Positions 53,722 through 61,780 of a stretch of 64,000 bases of DNA are shown in pieces; the stretch's first letter is position 1, and every line of letters begins with the position of its first letter. The notes beneath the pieces are model-generated. The model worked only from the letters and a program-made list of their open reading frames with translations. It made no database searches and had not been told where the DNA came from. Location: NCBI GenBank assembly GCA_963822945.1, contig CAWGJO010000020.1, positions 512,001 through 576,000 of the forward strand. The letters run 5' to 3'. The DNA is from an uncultured Gemmatimonadaceae bacterium. Its GTDB lineage: Bacteria; Gemmatimonadota; Gemmatimonadetes; Gemmatimonadales; Gemmatimonadaceae. A program made the translations under genes and the position numbers.

Positions 53722-53752
53722 TGTCACAAAAAGTGATAGTCGCGACACAAAA
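53722..53752 (+). promoter_or_regulatory. Direct-repeat operator upstream of TPR gene
   Basis: TGTCACAAAA (53722) and CGACACAAAA (53743), 21-bp period, 6 nt before TTGTAC. Confidence 0.6.
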
Positions 53753-53829
53753 CAGCACTTGTACCGAATACGTGGCAACCCGATCTTGACGGTTGAGAAA
53801 TTGCGTCCCGCAGGACGGAGGATTACCCG

Positions 53830-55066
53830 GTGTTCGGTAACGCTGATTCGCTGCGACATCTCGCTTTCTTCGAGGAAGCCGCGGCTCACGAGGAGCATCA
53901 GGCGCAATGGCGAGCGGCCACGGCCGGGCTCGTCACGCTGCGGCTGTTCGATGCCTGGATTGAGGAGGGCCCACAGGTCGTGGCCCCCGGGTCCTGGAAT
54001 GTGCGCGCCGTGGTCAACGCCATCGAAGCGATGGATGACGGGTCGACCCTCCCCTCGATCCTGCGGAGCGTGCTGAACGCCATGCAGGAAGCTCCCGCGA
54101 CCAAAGTCCACGACGTCATCCCGCGTCTGGCGGCCTACGGGCGGGCGCTGGAGTACGAAGCACAGTGGGTGCTGGCACTGGACGTCTACGACACGATCGT
54201 TGCGCATACCCACCCGCTGGAGGAGAGCGACGCAGCGGCCGCGGCGCATAACCGCCGCGGTTACTGCCTCCGCACGCTCGGTCGGCTGGCGGCTGCCGTC
54301 GAGGCCTATCAGACGGCCGGCCGGATCTCAGCGACGGCCGGCGATTTGATCGGGGTCCTGCAGGCACGCCTTGGTGATGCCAAAGTCGCGGTTGCGCGAG
54401 GCAATCTGCCGCAGGCCGAACAAGTACTAGACGAAACCATCGCCCGCGCGTCGACGCTCGGGATTGCCGACATCCACTCCAAGGCGCTTCAGGATCGCGC
54501 CATGGTTGCTGGTATGCGCGGGCATCACGATCTGGCCATCGAACTCGCCTACGACGCGCTCCGCGAAACCGCCAACCAAGCCGAACGCGACCGCATTCTC
54601 AACGACATCGGCACGGCGTTCCACATGCTGGGTCTCCGGAGCGTGGCTCGCGACGCCTTCCTGGTGCTGTCGGCAACTGCTCAGGAACAGTACATCCGCT
54701 GGGTCGCAATGCTGTCGCTGATGGGGATCGCCGCGGAGGACGGGTTGGAGCCGAGTCTTCGACCGACTCCGCCGCCAGCTACGCCCGGCCGAGTTGCCCC
54801 CCGAACTCGAGATCGAGTATTACATCAGACTGGGCCGCGGAAGCCGTGGGCTCGGGCATGACGATCTGGGGCAGATTGCACTCGGCAAGGCGGTTGAACT
54901 CTCGGAACACCACGGGCTATACGCGCTGCTCTTCGAGGCTGAGGAAGCACTCCACGCTCCGCTGCCCAGAAGCCAGCCGAAGTCGGGGGATGAGGTCGTG
55001 CCACTGCGGGTGACTGGGGTGGCCGAGGCGGTCCGGCAAATGCGAGTTGCCGCGGTTGCCACATAG
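53830..55066 (+). pseudogene. TPR-repeat protein split by a +1 frameshift near 54754 (pseudogene or sequence error)
   Basis: GGAGG RBS; TPR helices; removing one base in GAGCCG-A-GTCTTC joins 53830..54861 and 54794..55066 into a 411-aa ORF. Confidence 0.75.
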
Positions 55067-55077
55067 GGGCAAGATGA

Positions 55078-55115
55078 GATTGTGGGCCCCCGCTGGCGGC
55101 GGTGGGCCCACAATC
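55078..55115. terminator. Hairpin between convergent TPR and peptide genes
   Basis: GATTGTGGGCCC...GGGCCCACAATC 12-bp stem. Confidence 0.7.
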
Positions 55116-55139
55116 GAGCAGTCAGTCGAGCTGGAAGGA

Positions 55140-55283
55140 TCAGTTGGTGCAGGTGATGGACGAACTGCCAACGTATCCACCGATGCACCCATCATGCTGC
55201 GGCGCGGTCGGACTCGCGCACGCGGCCACAACAACGGAGGCGATTGCCAGGACGAGGTAGGTCATCTTTTTGCGGCGCGACAT
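55140..55283 (-). CDS. 47-aa lipobox peptide MSRRKKMTYLVLAIASVVVAACASPTAPQHDGCIGGYVGSSSITCTN (not in ORF track)
   Basis: Hand-translated; GGAG RBS, basic n-region, hydrophobic h-region, VAAC lipobox, Cys33/Cys45; own promoter and downstream hairpin. Confidence 0.8.
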   Translation of the reverse strand: MSRRKKMTYLVLAIASVVVAACASPTAPQHDGCIGGYVGSSSITCTN

Positions 55284-55340
55284 GGGGCGTACTCCAAGTT
55301 TAGAGGCAGTGATTTCCGTGACGGGGAACTCGTGCCTGCC

Positions 55341-55405
55341 AAGCTAGGGTCGCCGTTTGGTGCGTAAACTCGCATTTTGTGACAACAGATTGCGGTTTTA
55401 TGACA
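55341..55405 (-). promoter_or_regulatory. Peptide-gene promoter with direct-repeat operator
   Basis: Minus strand: TGTCATAAAA-11-TGTCACAAAA-6-TTTACG-16-TAGCTT. Confidence 0.65.
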
Positions 55406-55422
55406 CCGAATCCCGATAAGGC

Positions 55423-56202
55423 GTGGACGTCGTCGCCCTACTGCCCCGGCAGCTACTCGACCATCTGACCCAGGTACTCGGCTCCGCGCATTCTCTGTCC
55501 GCTTCGGCTGACTGGAGTGCGCTCCGCGCCACGGTACAGAGCCGCATCGTCGACGCCGTCATTGCGGATCCCGCCTTCGACGGAAACGTCCATACGCAGG
55601 ACCTGATGGATTTACGGGAGTTGTATCCCTCCCTTCCCATCATCCTGTACACGACGCTCAGCGCGACGGCGATGCAGGGAGTGATCCAGCTTGCACGATA
55701 CGGAGTGGAGCACGTGGTGCTCGCCCGTTTCGACGACGAGCCGACGCGCTTTCTCGAACTCATCGAGGGAGTGCCGGGATACGCCCTCGGTGACCGGATG
55801 CTCCAGCAACTTCGGGAGCCCATCGCCAAGCTCCCCGTGACGATCGGTCGGGCCCTCGAACAACTTTACAGATCGCCCGGTCGTTTCCACGGCGCCCGGG
55901 AATTGGCGGAGGCGAGTGGGGTCACCCCTCGCGGGTTGTATCGTCACATGGCGGCCGCGGGTATGCCGTCGGTCAAAGCGCTGGTGGTCTCGGCGCGGTT
56001 GGTGCGGGCGTATGGGTATCTCAAGGACCCCGGACGCTCCGTGAAGGAAGTGGCCGCCCGGGTGGGTTACAGCCGTCCGTGGCTGCTGACGAAGCAGATG
56101 CGCGAGTACACGGGACATGTGCCCAGCGAGGTTCGCATGGCGCTCTCCCCCGAAGAGTTTGTCACGCTGCTCACAACACGAGTCTGCACCGAGCAGTGGT
56201 AA
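55423..56202 (+). CDS. AraC-family regulator with receiver-like N-domain
   Basis: DAVIAD and PIILYT REC-like strands; SVKEVAARVGYS...YTGHVPSEVR AraC HTH2. Confidence 0.88.
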   Translation: MDVVALLPRQLLDHLTQVLGSAHSLSASADWSALRATVQSRIVDAVIADPAFDGNVHTQDLMDLRELYPSLPIILYTTLSATAMQGVIQLARYGVEHVVLARFDDEPTRFLELIEGVPGYALGDRMLQQLREPIAKLPVTIGRALEQLYRSPGRFHGARELAEASGVTPRGLYRHMAAAGMPSVKALVVSARLVRAYGYLKDPGRSVKEVAARVGYSRPWLLTKQMREYTGHVPSEVRMALSPEEFVTLLTTRVCTEQW

Positions 56203-56235
56203 CGAGGATGGAGGCCGCCGACCGGCCCCTCTCCG

Positions 56236-56646
56236 ATGCTAGAGGTAATCGCTGTGCCGGGAACACCGACTCGGGTGCTCATCATCGACGATGAACCCGC
56301 AATCTGCAAAGCCCTGTCCATTGCGCTGTCGCGCACGGGCTTTTTCGTGCGCACCGCGCTGTCGGGAGACGAAGGCATCCGGATCCTCAAGGACGAGCCG
56401 TTCGACGTTCTCGTGCTCGATCTGCGCGTGCAGGACATGCGCGGCGATGTGATTTACGAACTGGCCAAGGCCGAGCGACCGGAACTCACACGTCGCACGC
56501 TCTTCGTCACCGGTGACATCTCCGAGCGGGCCGACAACATCATTGCCGCCTGCAAGTGCCCGCTCCTGCGCAAGCCGTTCGAATTGCGCGACCTCATCAA
56601 CATCGTGGTGTCGATGGTGCCGCGGGCGAACAACGCCTCAGCCTGA
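56236..56646 (+). CDS. Single-domain response regulator receiver
   Basis: VLIIDDE, VLDL, FVTG, KPF all intact; start approximate. Confidence 0.9.
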   Translation: MLEVIAVPGTPTRVLIIDDEPAICKALSIALSRTGFFVRTALSGDEGIRILKDEPFDVLVLDLRVQDMRGDVIYELAKAERPELTRRTLFVTGDISERADNIIAACKCPLLRKPFELRDLINIVVSMVPRANNASA

Positions 56647-57009
56647 AGCCCGTTCCAGCTCGCTCCAACGGTCGACGGCCCGCCGCAGATGCGGAACCAC
56701 GATCGATCCTCCCACGACGAGCCCGATCGACATCGATTCGAAGATCTGCTCCCGTGTGACACCCTCCTCGGCACAGCGAACCAGATGGTAGGTCACGCAG
56801 TCGTCGCACCGTAGCACCAGCGAGGCCACCAGTCCCAGCAGTTCCTTGGTCCTCACGTCGAGCGCCCCGCCTTCGTACGCCCGGCCGTCGAGCGCGAAGA
56901 ACCGATTCATCACCAGATTGTTCTGTTCCAGGATCTCGGCGTTCATCCGCTCCCGATAGGCCCGGAACTCGGCCAGCGACTGCCCGTGTTCGTGCGTGTC
57001 GCCGCTCAC
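56638..57009 (-). CDS. Carboxymuconolactone decarboxylase/AhpD family
   Basis: GALDVRTKEL, LRCDDCVTYH; GTGA overlap. Confidence 0.9.
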   Translation of the reverse strand: MSGDTHEHGQSLAEFRAYRERMNAEILEQNNLVMNRFFALDGRAYEGGALDVRTKELLGLVASLVLRCDDCVTYHLVRCAEEGVTREQIFESMSIGLVVGGSIVVPHLRRAVDRWSELERASG

Positions 57010-57599
57010 AGCTTCCACTCCCGCAGCGTCTTGAGGGCCGATTCCAACGCTGATCGCTGGGCCGGCTGCGTGGACTCGGCAAGCAGGCCTTCGTAGGTGC
57101 GGATGGCCAGATCCAACGCGAGCGGGTCATGCTCGGCGCTCGCCAGGCTTGTTGCGTTGTCGGCCAACGCCGCCCGCGCGATCGGGTCTTCGGGAAAGCG
57201 CTGCGCCACCTGTTGCCATCGCGCCACGCGCTCCCGGATGTTCGACTCGGCCAGGGCCCACAAATGCCAGGCGCCGCGATTGCCGGCGTCCACCGCAATG
57301 GCCCGGGACGCGAGATCGCCGACGACATCGGGGCCACGGCCGGTGAGCCAGTATGCATTGGCCAGCACCACGATGGCCTGCGCGTCATTCGGAACCTGCG
57401 CCACGATTCGTTCGTAGGCGGGTATGATCACTTCGGGCCGGTCCCGAAACGGGGCGCAGGCCTCCTTGAGTTGCTCCGGCGGCACGGCCGCCGCCAACGC
57501 TCGCACGCGATCGAACAACACACCCAAGTTGTCCGTGCGTTCGTAGTCCTGCAGGGCGGCGCGCAATTCGGCGCCCGCATCGATGCTGGGAGAAATCAT
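57006..57599 (-). CDS. TPR-like helical protein
   Basis: 197 aa helical; LANAYWLTG, AWHLWA, RFPED. Confidence 0.75.
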   Translation of the reverse strand: MISPSIDAGAELRAALQDYERTDNLGVLFDRVRALAAAVPPEQLKEACAPFRDRPEVIIPAYERIVAQVPNDAQAIVVLANAYWLTGRGPDVVGDLASRAIAVDAGNRGAWHLWALAESNIRERVARWQQVAQRFPEDPIARAALADNATSLASAEHDPLALDLAIRTYEGLLAESTQPAQRSALESALKTLREWKL

Positions 57600-57674
57600 A
57601 AGGTGAAAACTACGGGCCCGAGCCCCGCCCGCCTACCGGCGGGCGGGGGGAATCCGATTCGACCCCGTCCAGGG

Positions 57675-57703
57675 TTGCGCGAATGGCCCCGACTGCCGAT
57701 ACT
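57675..57703 (+). promoter_or_regulatory. Putative rho promoter
   Basis: TTGCGC-17 nt-GATACT about 340 nt upstream of the likely start. Confidence 0.4.
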
Positions 57704-58047
57704 CAATGCGTCCGCCGGTACGACCAGTATCGTCCTTCCGGCCGATCGCGCGGCCGCCCGTCCCTCACGTGCGAGTGGATGATGGCGAGCAGGCCGCGCC
57801 CCGCAGGACCCCGCCCGCTGACGCGTGAGGCAGCCGCGCCGCGAGCGAGACAAGTCAACGCCAGAGTAGCGTCGCACCACGTCCCCACAGTTCGCGCTCG
57901 ACCGCGCTGCGAATTCGTTCGCCCGGGTCTACATCGAGTGCATGCGCAATGGAGCGCAGGGGCCCGGACGTGCGCAATTGAGCCGACCCACGGCTGCACG
58001 TGGGTATTCCGATCATTGAACGTTTCGATTCCCAAACCATCCGCCGA

Positions 58048-59583
58048 ATGACCGAACGTCGCCGCCCACCTCGTCGTGGCCGTGGCTCTCGTCCAACCCG
58101 CCCCAATGGCGAGGCATCGGGCGAGCCCAACCCGTACCGGGATGCTTCCATGGACATGCCCTCCGAAGGCGAGGCTGCCGAGACGCAGGCCCCCGCGCCC
58201 TCTGCTCCCGCCTCCACTGCTGAGCCGGACGGCGGCAACGTTCCGGCGAATGCCGAGGCGCCCGCGCCTGCAACCCCTGCGGTGAGCCCGGATGGGGTCT
58301 CGGCCAACGGCAGCGGTGAGTCCTCCGGATCGCGTCAGGACCAGCAGAACTCACGACACGAACGGAATGGGCGCCGACACCGCCGGAATCGGGGGCGCGG
58401 CCGCAGCCGTGACAACCGGGGCGAGAGCCGAGAACCGCAGAGCCAGGCCCCCGTGGTCCTCACCCCGGCCGGCGACCAGACGGGATGGTTCGATCCGCAG
58501 CGCGACGGCGGGTTCGTGCGCCGCGCCGAGGCCAGCTACCTGGCCGAACCGGGGGACCCGTTCGTTCCACCGCAATTGGTGCGGCAGTACGGCCTCCGCA
58601 AGAGCGATACAATCGATTGCGCACTGGGCCGAGACCAGCGGGGACGGCTGACGGTGATGGAGATCCGGACCGTGAACGGCGAGGATCCCGCCATGAGCGT
58701 CAAGCGTCCGGATTTCCAGTCGCTCACGGCATCGTACCCCGAGCGCAAGCTCTTCCTCGAAACCGGCCGGCCGGCCAAGGGCGGCCCCGAACTCACCCGC
58801 CGGGCCATCGACCTCATCGCGCCGATCGGCTTCGGGCAGCGGGCGCTCATCGTCGCCCCGGCCCGCGCCGGTAAGACCACGCTGCTCCACGCCATCACCG
58901 AGGGCGTGGCGATCAACCACCCCAACGTCGTGCTCCTGATCCTGCTCGTCGACGAGCGTCCGGAGGAAGTGAGCGAGGCGATCTCCTGGGGTGTGGGCGA
59001 GGTCATTGCGTCGAGCTTCGACCAGCCGGCGCAACGGCACGTGGACGTCACCGAGATGGTGCTCGAGCATGCGCGCCGCCAGGTGGAACTCGGACGCGAT
59101 GTGGTGATCGTGCTCGATTCGCTCACCCGCATGGCCAGGGCGCACAACACCGCCGAACGCGGGACGGGCCGCACGCTGTCGGGCGGCCTCGATGCGACCG
59201 CGATGGCGAAGCCCAAGGCGTTTTTCGGCTCGGCCCGGGCGGTACTTCCCGCGGTCGGCGGCGGCTCGCTCACGATCATCGCCACCGCGCTCGTGGAAAC
59301 GGGCTCTCGCATGGACGACGTGATCTTCGAGGAGTTCAAGGGCACCGGCAACTGCGAGATCAAGCTCGACCGGCCCCTGGCCGAGAAGCGGATCTACCCC
59401 GCGATAGACATCGCGACCAGCGGAACACGCCGCGAGGAGAAACTGTTCCGGCCGGAGCAGTTGGACAGCGTGTACACGCTACGCCGCGGGCTGGCGCAGA
59501 TGCCGCCGCAGGCCGCCATGGAGTGGCTCATCAAGCGCGTGGCGGCAACGCCGAACAACGACGCGCTGCTGGAAGGCTTGTAG
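58048..59583 (+). CDS. rho: Transcription termination factor Rho with long disordered N-terminus
   Basis: PIGFGQR, APARAGKT, DERPEEV, LDSLTR, LSGG, FEEFKGTGN, SGTRREE; start approximate. Confidence 0.96.
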   Translation: MTERRRPPRRGRGSRPTRPNGEASGEPNPYRDASMDMPSEGEAAETQAPAPSAPASTAEPDGGNVPANAEAPAPATPAVSPDGVSANGSGESSGSRQDQQNSRHERNGRRHRRNRGRGRSRDNRGESREPQSQAPVVLTPAGDQTGWFDPQRDGGFVRRAEASYLAEPGDPFVPPQLVRQYGLRKSDTIDCALGRDQRGRLTVMEIRTVNGEDPAMSVKRPDFQSLTASYPERKLFLETGRPAKGGPELTRRAIDLIAPIGFGQRALIVAPARAGKTTLLHAITEGVAINHPNVVLLILLVDERPEEVSEAISWGVGEVIASSFDQPAQRHVDVTEMVLEHARRQVELGRDVVIVLDSLTRMARAHNTAERGTGRTLSGGLDATAMAKPKAFFGSARAVLPAVGGGSLTIIATALVETGSRMDDVIFEEFKGTGNCEIKLDRPLAEKRIYPAIDIATSGTRREEKLFRPEQLDSVYTLRRGLAQMPPQAAMEWLIKRVAATPNNDALLEGL

Positions 59584-59587
59584 GAGC

Positions 59588-59652
59588 GGTGAAGGGTGAA
59601 GGGTGGCTTGCCCACCCTTTCACCCTTCGCTCTCACGTCTCACCCTTCACGT
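59588..59652. repeat. Heptamer-repeat hairpin (GGTGAAG/CTTCACC family) between convergent genes
   Basis: GGTGAAG GGTGAAG GGTGG pairs with CCACCCTTTCACCCTTC; then TCTCACG TCTCACC CTTCACG. Confidence 0.7.
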
Positions 59653-61025
59653 TCCCCACCCAGCTCCTCGTACAACATCGCCACCGCGCGGAGTCCGCGC
59701 GTGAAGTTGTCCATGCTCAGCCATTCGTTGGGCGCATGGGCATTTTCGCCGGGCAGGCCGAAGCCCATGAGCAGCACGGGAGCGCCGAGGATGCGCTCGA
59801 AGTCGTCCACCACGGGAATCGAGCCCCCCTCGCCGGTGATGACCGGCTCCTTGTCGAAGGCCGCGGCGAGTGCTCGCCGCCCCGCCTCGTAGAGCGGGCC
59901 GTCCAGCTCGGCCCGCCAGGGTTTGCCGCCGTGCAGCGGCGTCACCTGCACCGTCACCCCGTCGGGTGCGACGCGATCCACGTGCGCCTGCATCAGGCGT
60001 TCGATCTCGCGCGGGTCCTGGTCGGGCACCAATCGGCAGCTGACCTTTGCCATCGCCTTCGAGGGCAGAACGGTTTTGGCCCCTTCGCCGGTGTACCCGC
60101 TCAACAGGCCGTTCACCTCGCACGTCGGGCGCATCCAGATTCGCTCGAGGGTCGAGTATCCCTTCTCGCCTCCGAGTGCCGGCGCGCCGGTCTCGGCGCG
60201 GAACTGCTCCTCATCGAAGGGCAGGCCCCTGATATCGCGCCGCGCCTTCTCGCCCCAATCGCGGACCTTGTCGTAGAAGCCCGGAATGGCCACGTGGCCG
60301 TCCGCGTCATGCATCGTGGCGAGGATGCGCGCCAGGGCCATCGCGGGATTGACCACGGCACCGCCGTAGCTCCCCGAGTGGAGGTCGGTGGTGGGGCCGG
60401 TGAGGTCGATCTGGAAGTAGGCGAGCCCGCGGAGTGACGAGAGGATGGAGGGCAGTCCCGGCGCAAACATCGAGGAGTCGGAGATCACAACCCCGGTGCA
60501 CGCCAGTTCTGCCTTGTGGGCCTCGATGAACTCCGCGAGGTGGTCGCTTCCGACTTCTTCCTCGCCCTCGGCGAGGATGACGATGTTGATCGGGAGCGCG
60601 CCACGCACTTTGAGGTGCGCCTCGAGCGCCTTCATGTGGATGAACAGTTGGCCCTTGTCATCCACCGACCCGCGGGCGAACAGCTTGCCGTCGCGAATCG
60701 TGGGCTCGAACGCCGGGCTGTCCCACAGCTCGAGCGGCTCGGCCGGTTGGACATCGTAGTGGCCGTAGACGAGCACCGTCGGCGCGTCGGGTCCGGCGCC
60801 GCGCCATTCGCCGACCACGATCGGGTGGCCGGCCGTCGGATGGATGGTGGTACGCAAACCGGCAGCGGACAGATTGTCGGACACCCACTGGGCCGCCTTT
60901 GCGGTATCGGCGTTGTGGTCCGTCCGGGCGCTCACGCTGGGAATGCGCAGGAGATCGAAGAGCTCGCTGCGGATGCGCGGCTCGTTGGCGACGAAGAATG
61001 CGTCGAGATCGGGAGGAAGAGGCAT
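59640..61025 (-). CDS. M20/M25/M40 metallodipeptidase
   Basis: YGHYDVQP, RGSVDDKG, EGEEE, DLHSG, GGSIP, AHAPNE. Confidence 0.92.
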   Translation of the reverse strand: MPLPPDLDAFFVANEPRIRSELFDLLRIPSVSARTDHNADTAKAAQWVSDNLSAAGLRTTIHPTAGHPIVVGEWRGAGPDAPTVLVYGHYDVQPAEPLELWDSPAFEPTIRDGKLFARGSVDDKGQLFIHMKALEAHLKVRGALPINIVILAEGEEEVGSDHLAEFIEAHKAELACTGVVISDSSMFAPGLPSILSSLRGLAYFQIDLTGPTTDLHSGSYGGAVVNPAMALARILATMHDADGHVAIPGFYDKVRDWGEKARRDIRGLPFDEEQFRAETGAPALGGEKGYSTLERIWMRPTCEVNGLLSGYTGEGAKTVLPSKAMAKVSCRLVPDQDPREIERLMQAHVDRVAPDGVTVQVTPLHGGKPWRAELDGPLYEAGRRALAAAFDKEPVITGEGGSIPVVDDFERILGAPVLLMGFGLPGENAHAPNEWLSMDNFTRGLRAVAMLYEELGGEREG

Positions 61026-61259
61026 AATGGTAAAGAAACGACCCGGGGACGAACCCGCGCAAGACCGAGCCGCCGCACCCGAGCGTGCACGCGGGACCGA
61101 GACCGCGCGGGGCATCAACGACGCAGGAACGATGCGACCGGCAAACGGAGGCTGCCGAGCCGCGAAGGGTCGGTTGGTGAGGACGGGAAGACCCAATGAA
61201 GAGCCAAGTTGGGCGCCCGGGTGGTGTGGACGCGTGACGCGGCGGTATACTCATGGGCC

Positions 61260-61760
61260 ATGTCTGCCAAGACCCCTCCCTCAGAAAGCGCGATCCAGCG
61301 TGAGCTGCAGCAGACGCGCCCATTCCACTCGATCGGCGCCGAAGGGATCATCAGCATCATGCGCACGTCGGCGCTCATCCAACGGCGGCTCAACGCGATC
61401 GTCTCTCGAGAGGGAATCACCCAGCAGCAGTACAACGTGCTGCGAATCCTGCGGGGGGCCGGCGAAGCCGGCATTCCGACGCTCGCCATCCGCGACCGCA
61501 TGATCGACGCGTCGCCCGGGGTTACCCGCCTCATCGACCGCCTGGAGCGGGCCGGCTACGCGCAGCGCGAGCGCTCGGCGCCCGACCGCCGGCAGGTCGT
61601 CTGCCGCATCACTGCCGCCGGCCTCTCGTTGCTGTCTCGCCTCGACGGCCCCGTCAGCGCCTACGACGACGACGCCGTGGCGATGTTGACCGCCGCCGAG
61701 AAACGGGAGTTGGTGCGGCTACTCGACTCGGTGCGCCGGGAGGACGCCGCTCGGGAGTGA
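61260..61760 (+). CDS. MarR family transcriptional regulator
   Basis: QQYNVLRILRG, VTRLIDRLERAG, DRR, ITAAG. Confidence 0.92.
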   Translation: MSAKTPPSESAIQRELQQTRPFHSIGAEGIISIMRTSALIQRRLNAIVSREGITQQQYNVLRILRGAGEAGIPTLAIRDRMIDASPGVTRLIDRLERAGYAQRERSAPDRRQVVCRITAAGLSLLSRLDGPVSAYDDDAVAMLTAAEKRELVRLLDSVRREDAARE

Positions 61761-61780
61761 ACCGGCCCACCACCGTTCAT

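Noticed and set aside
55047..55367. 106-aa plus-strand ORF
   Set aside because: Antisense to the lipobox peptide and spans the hairpin; no RBS or motif
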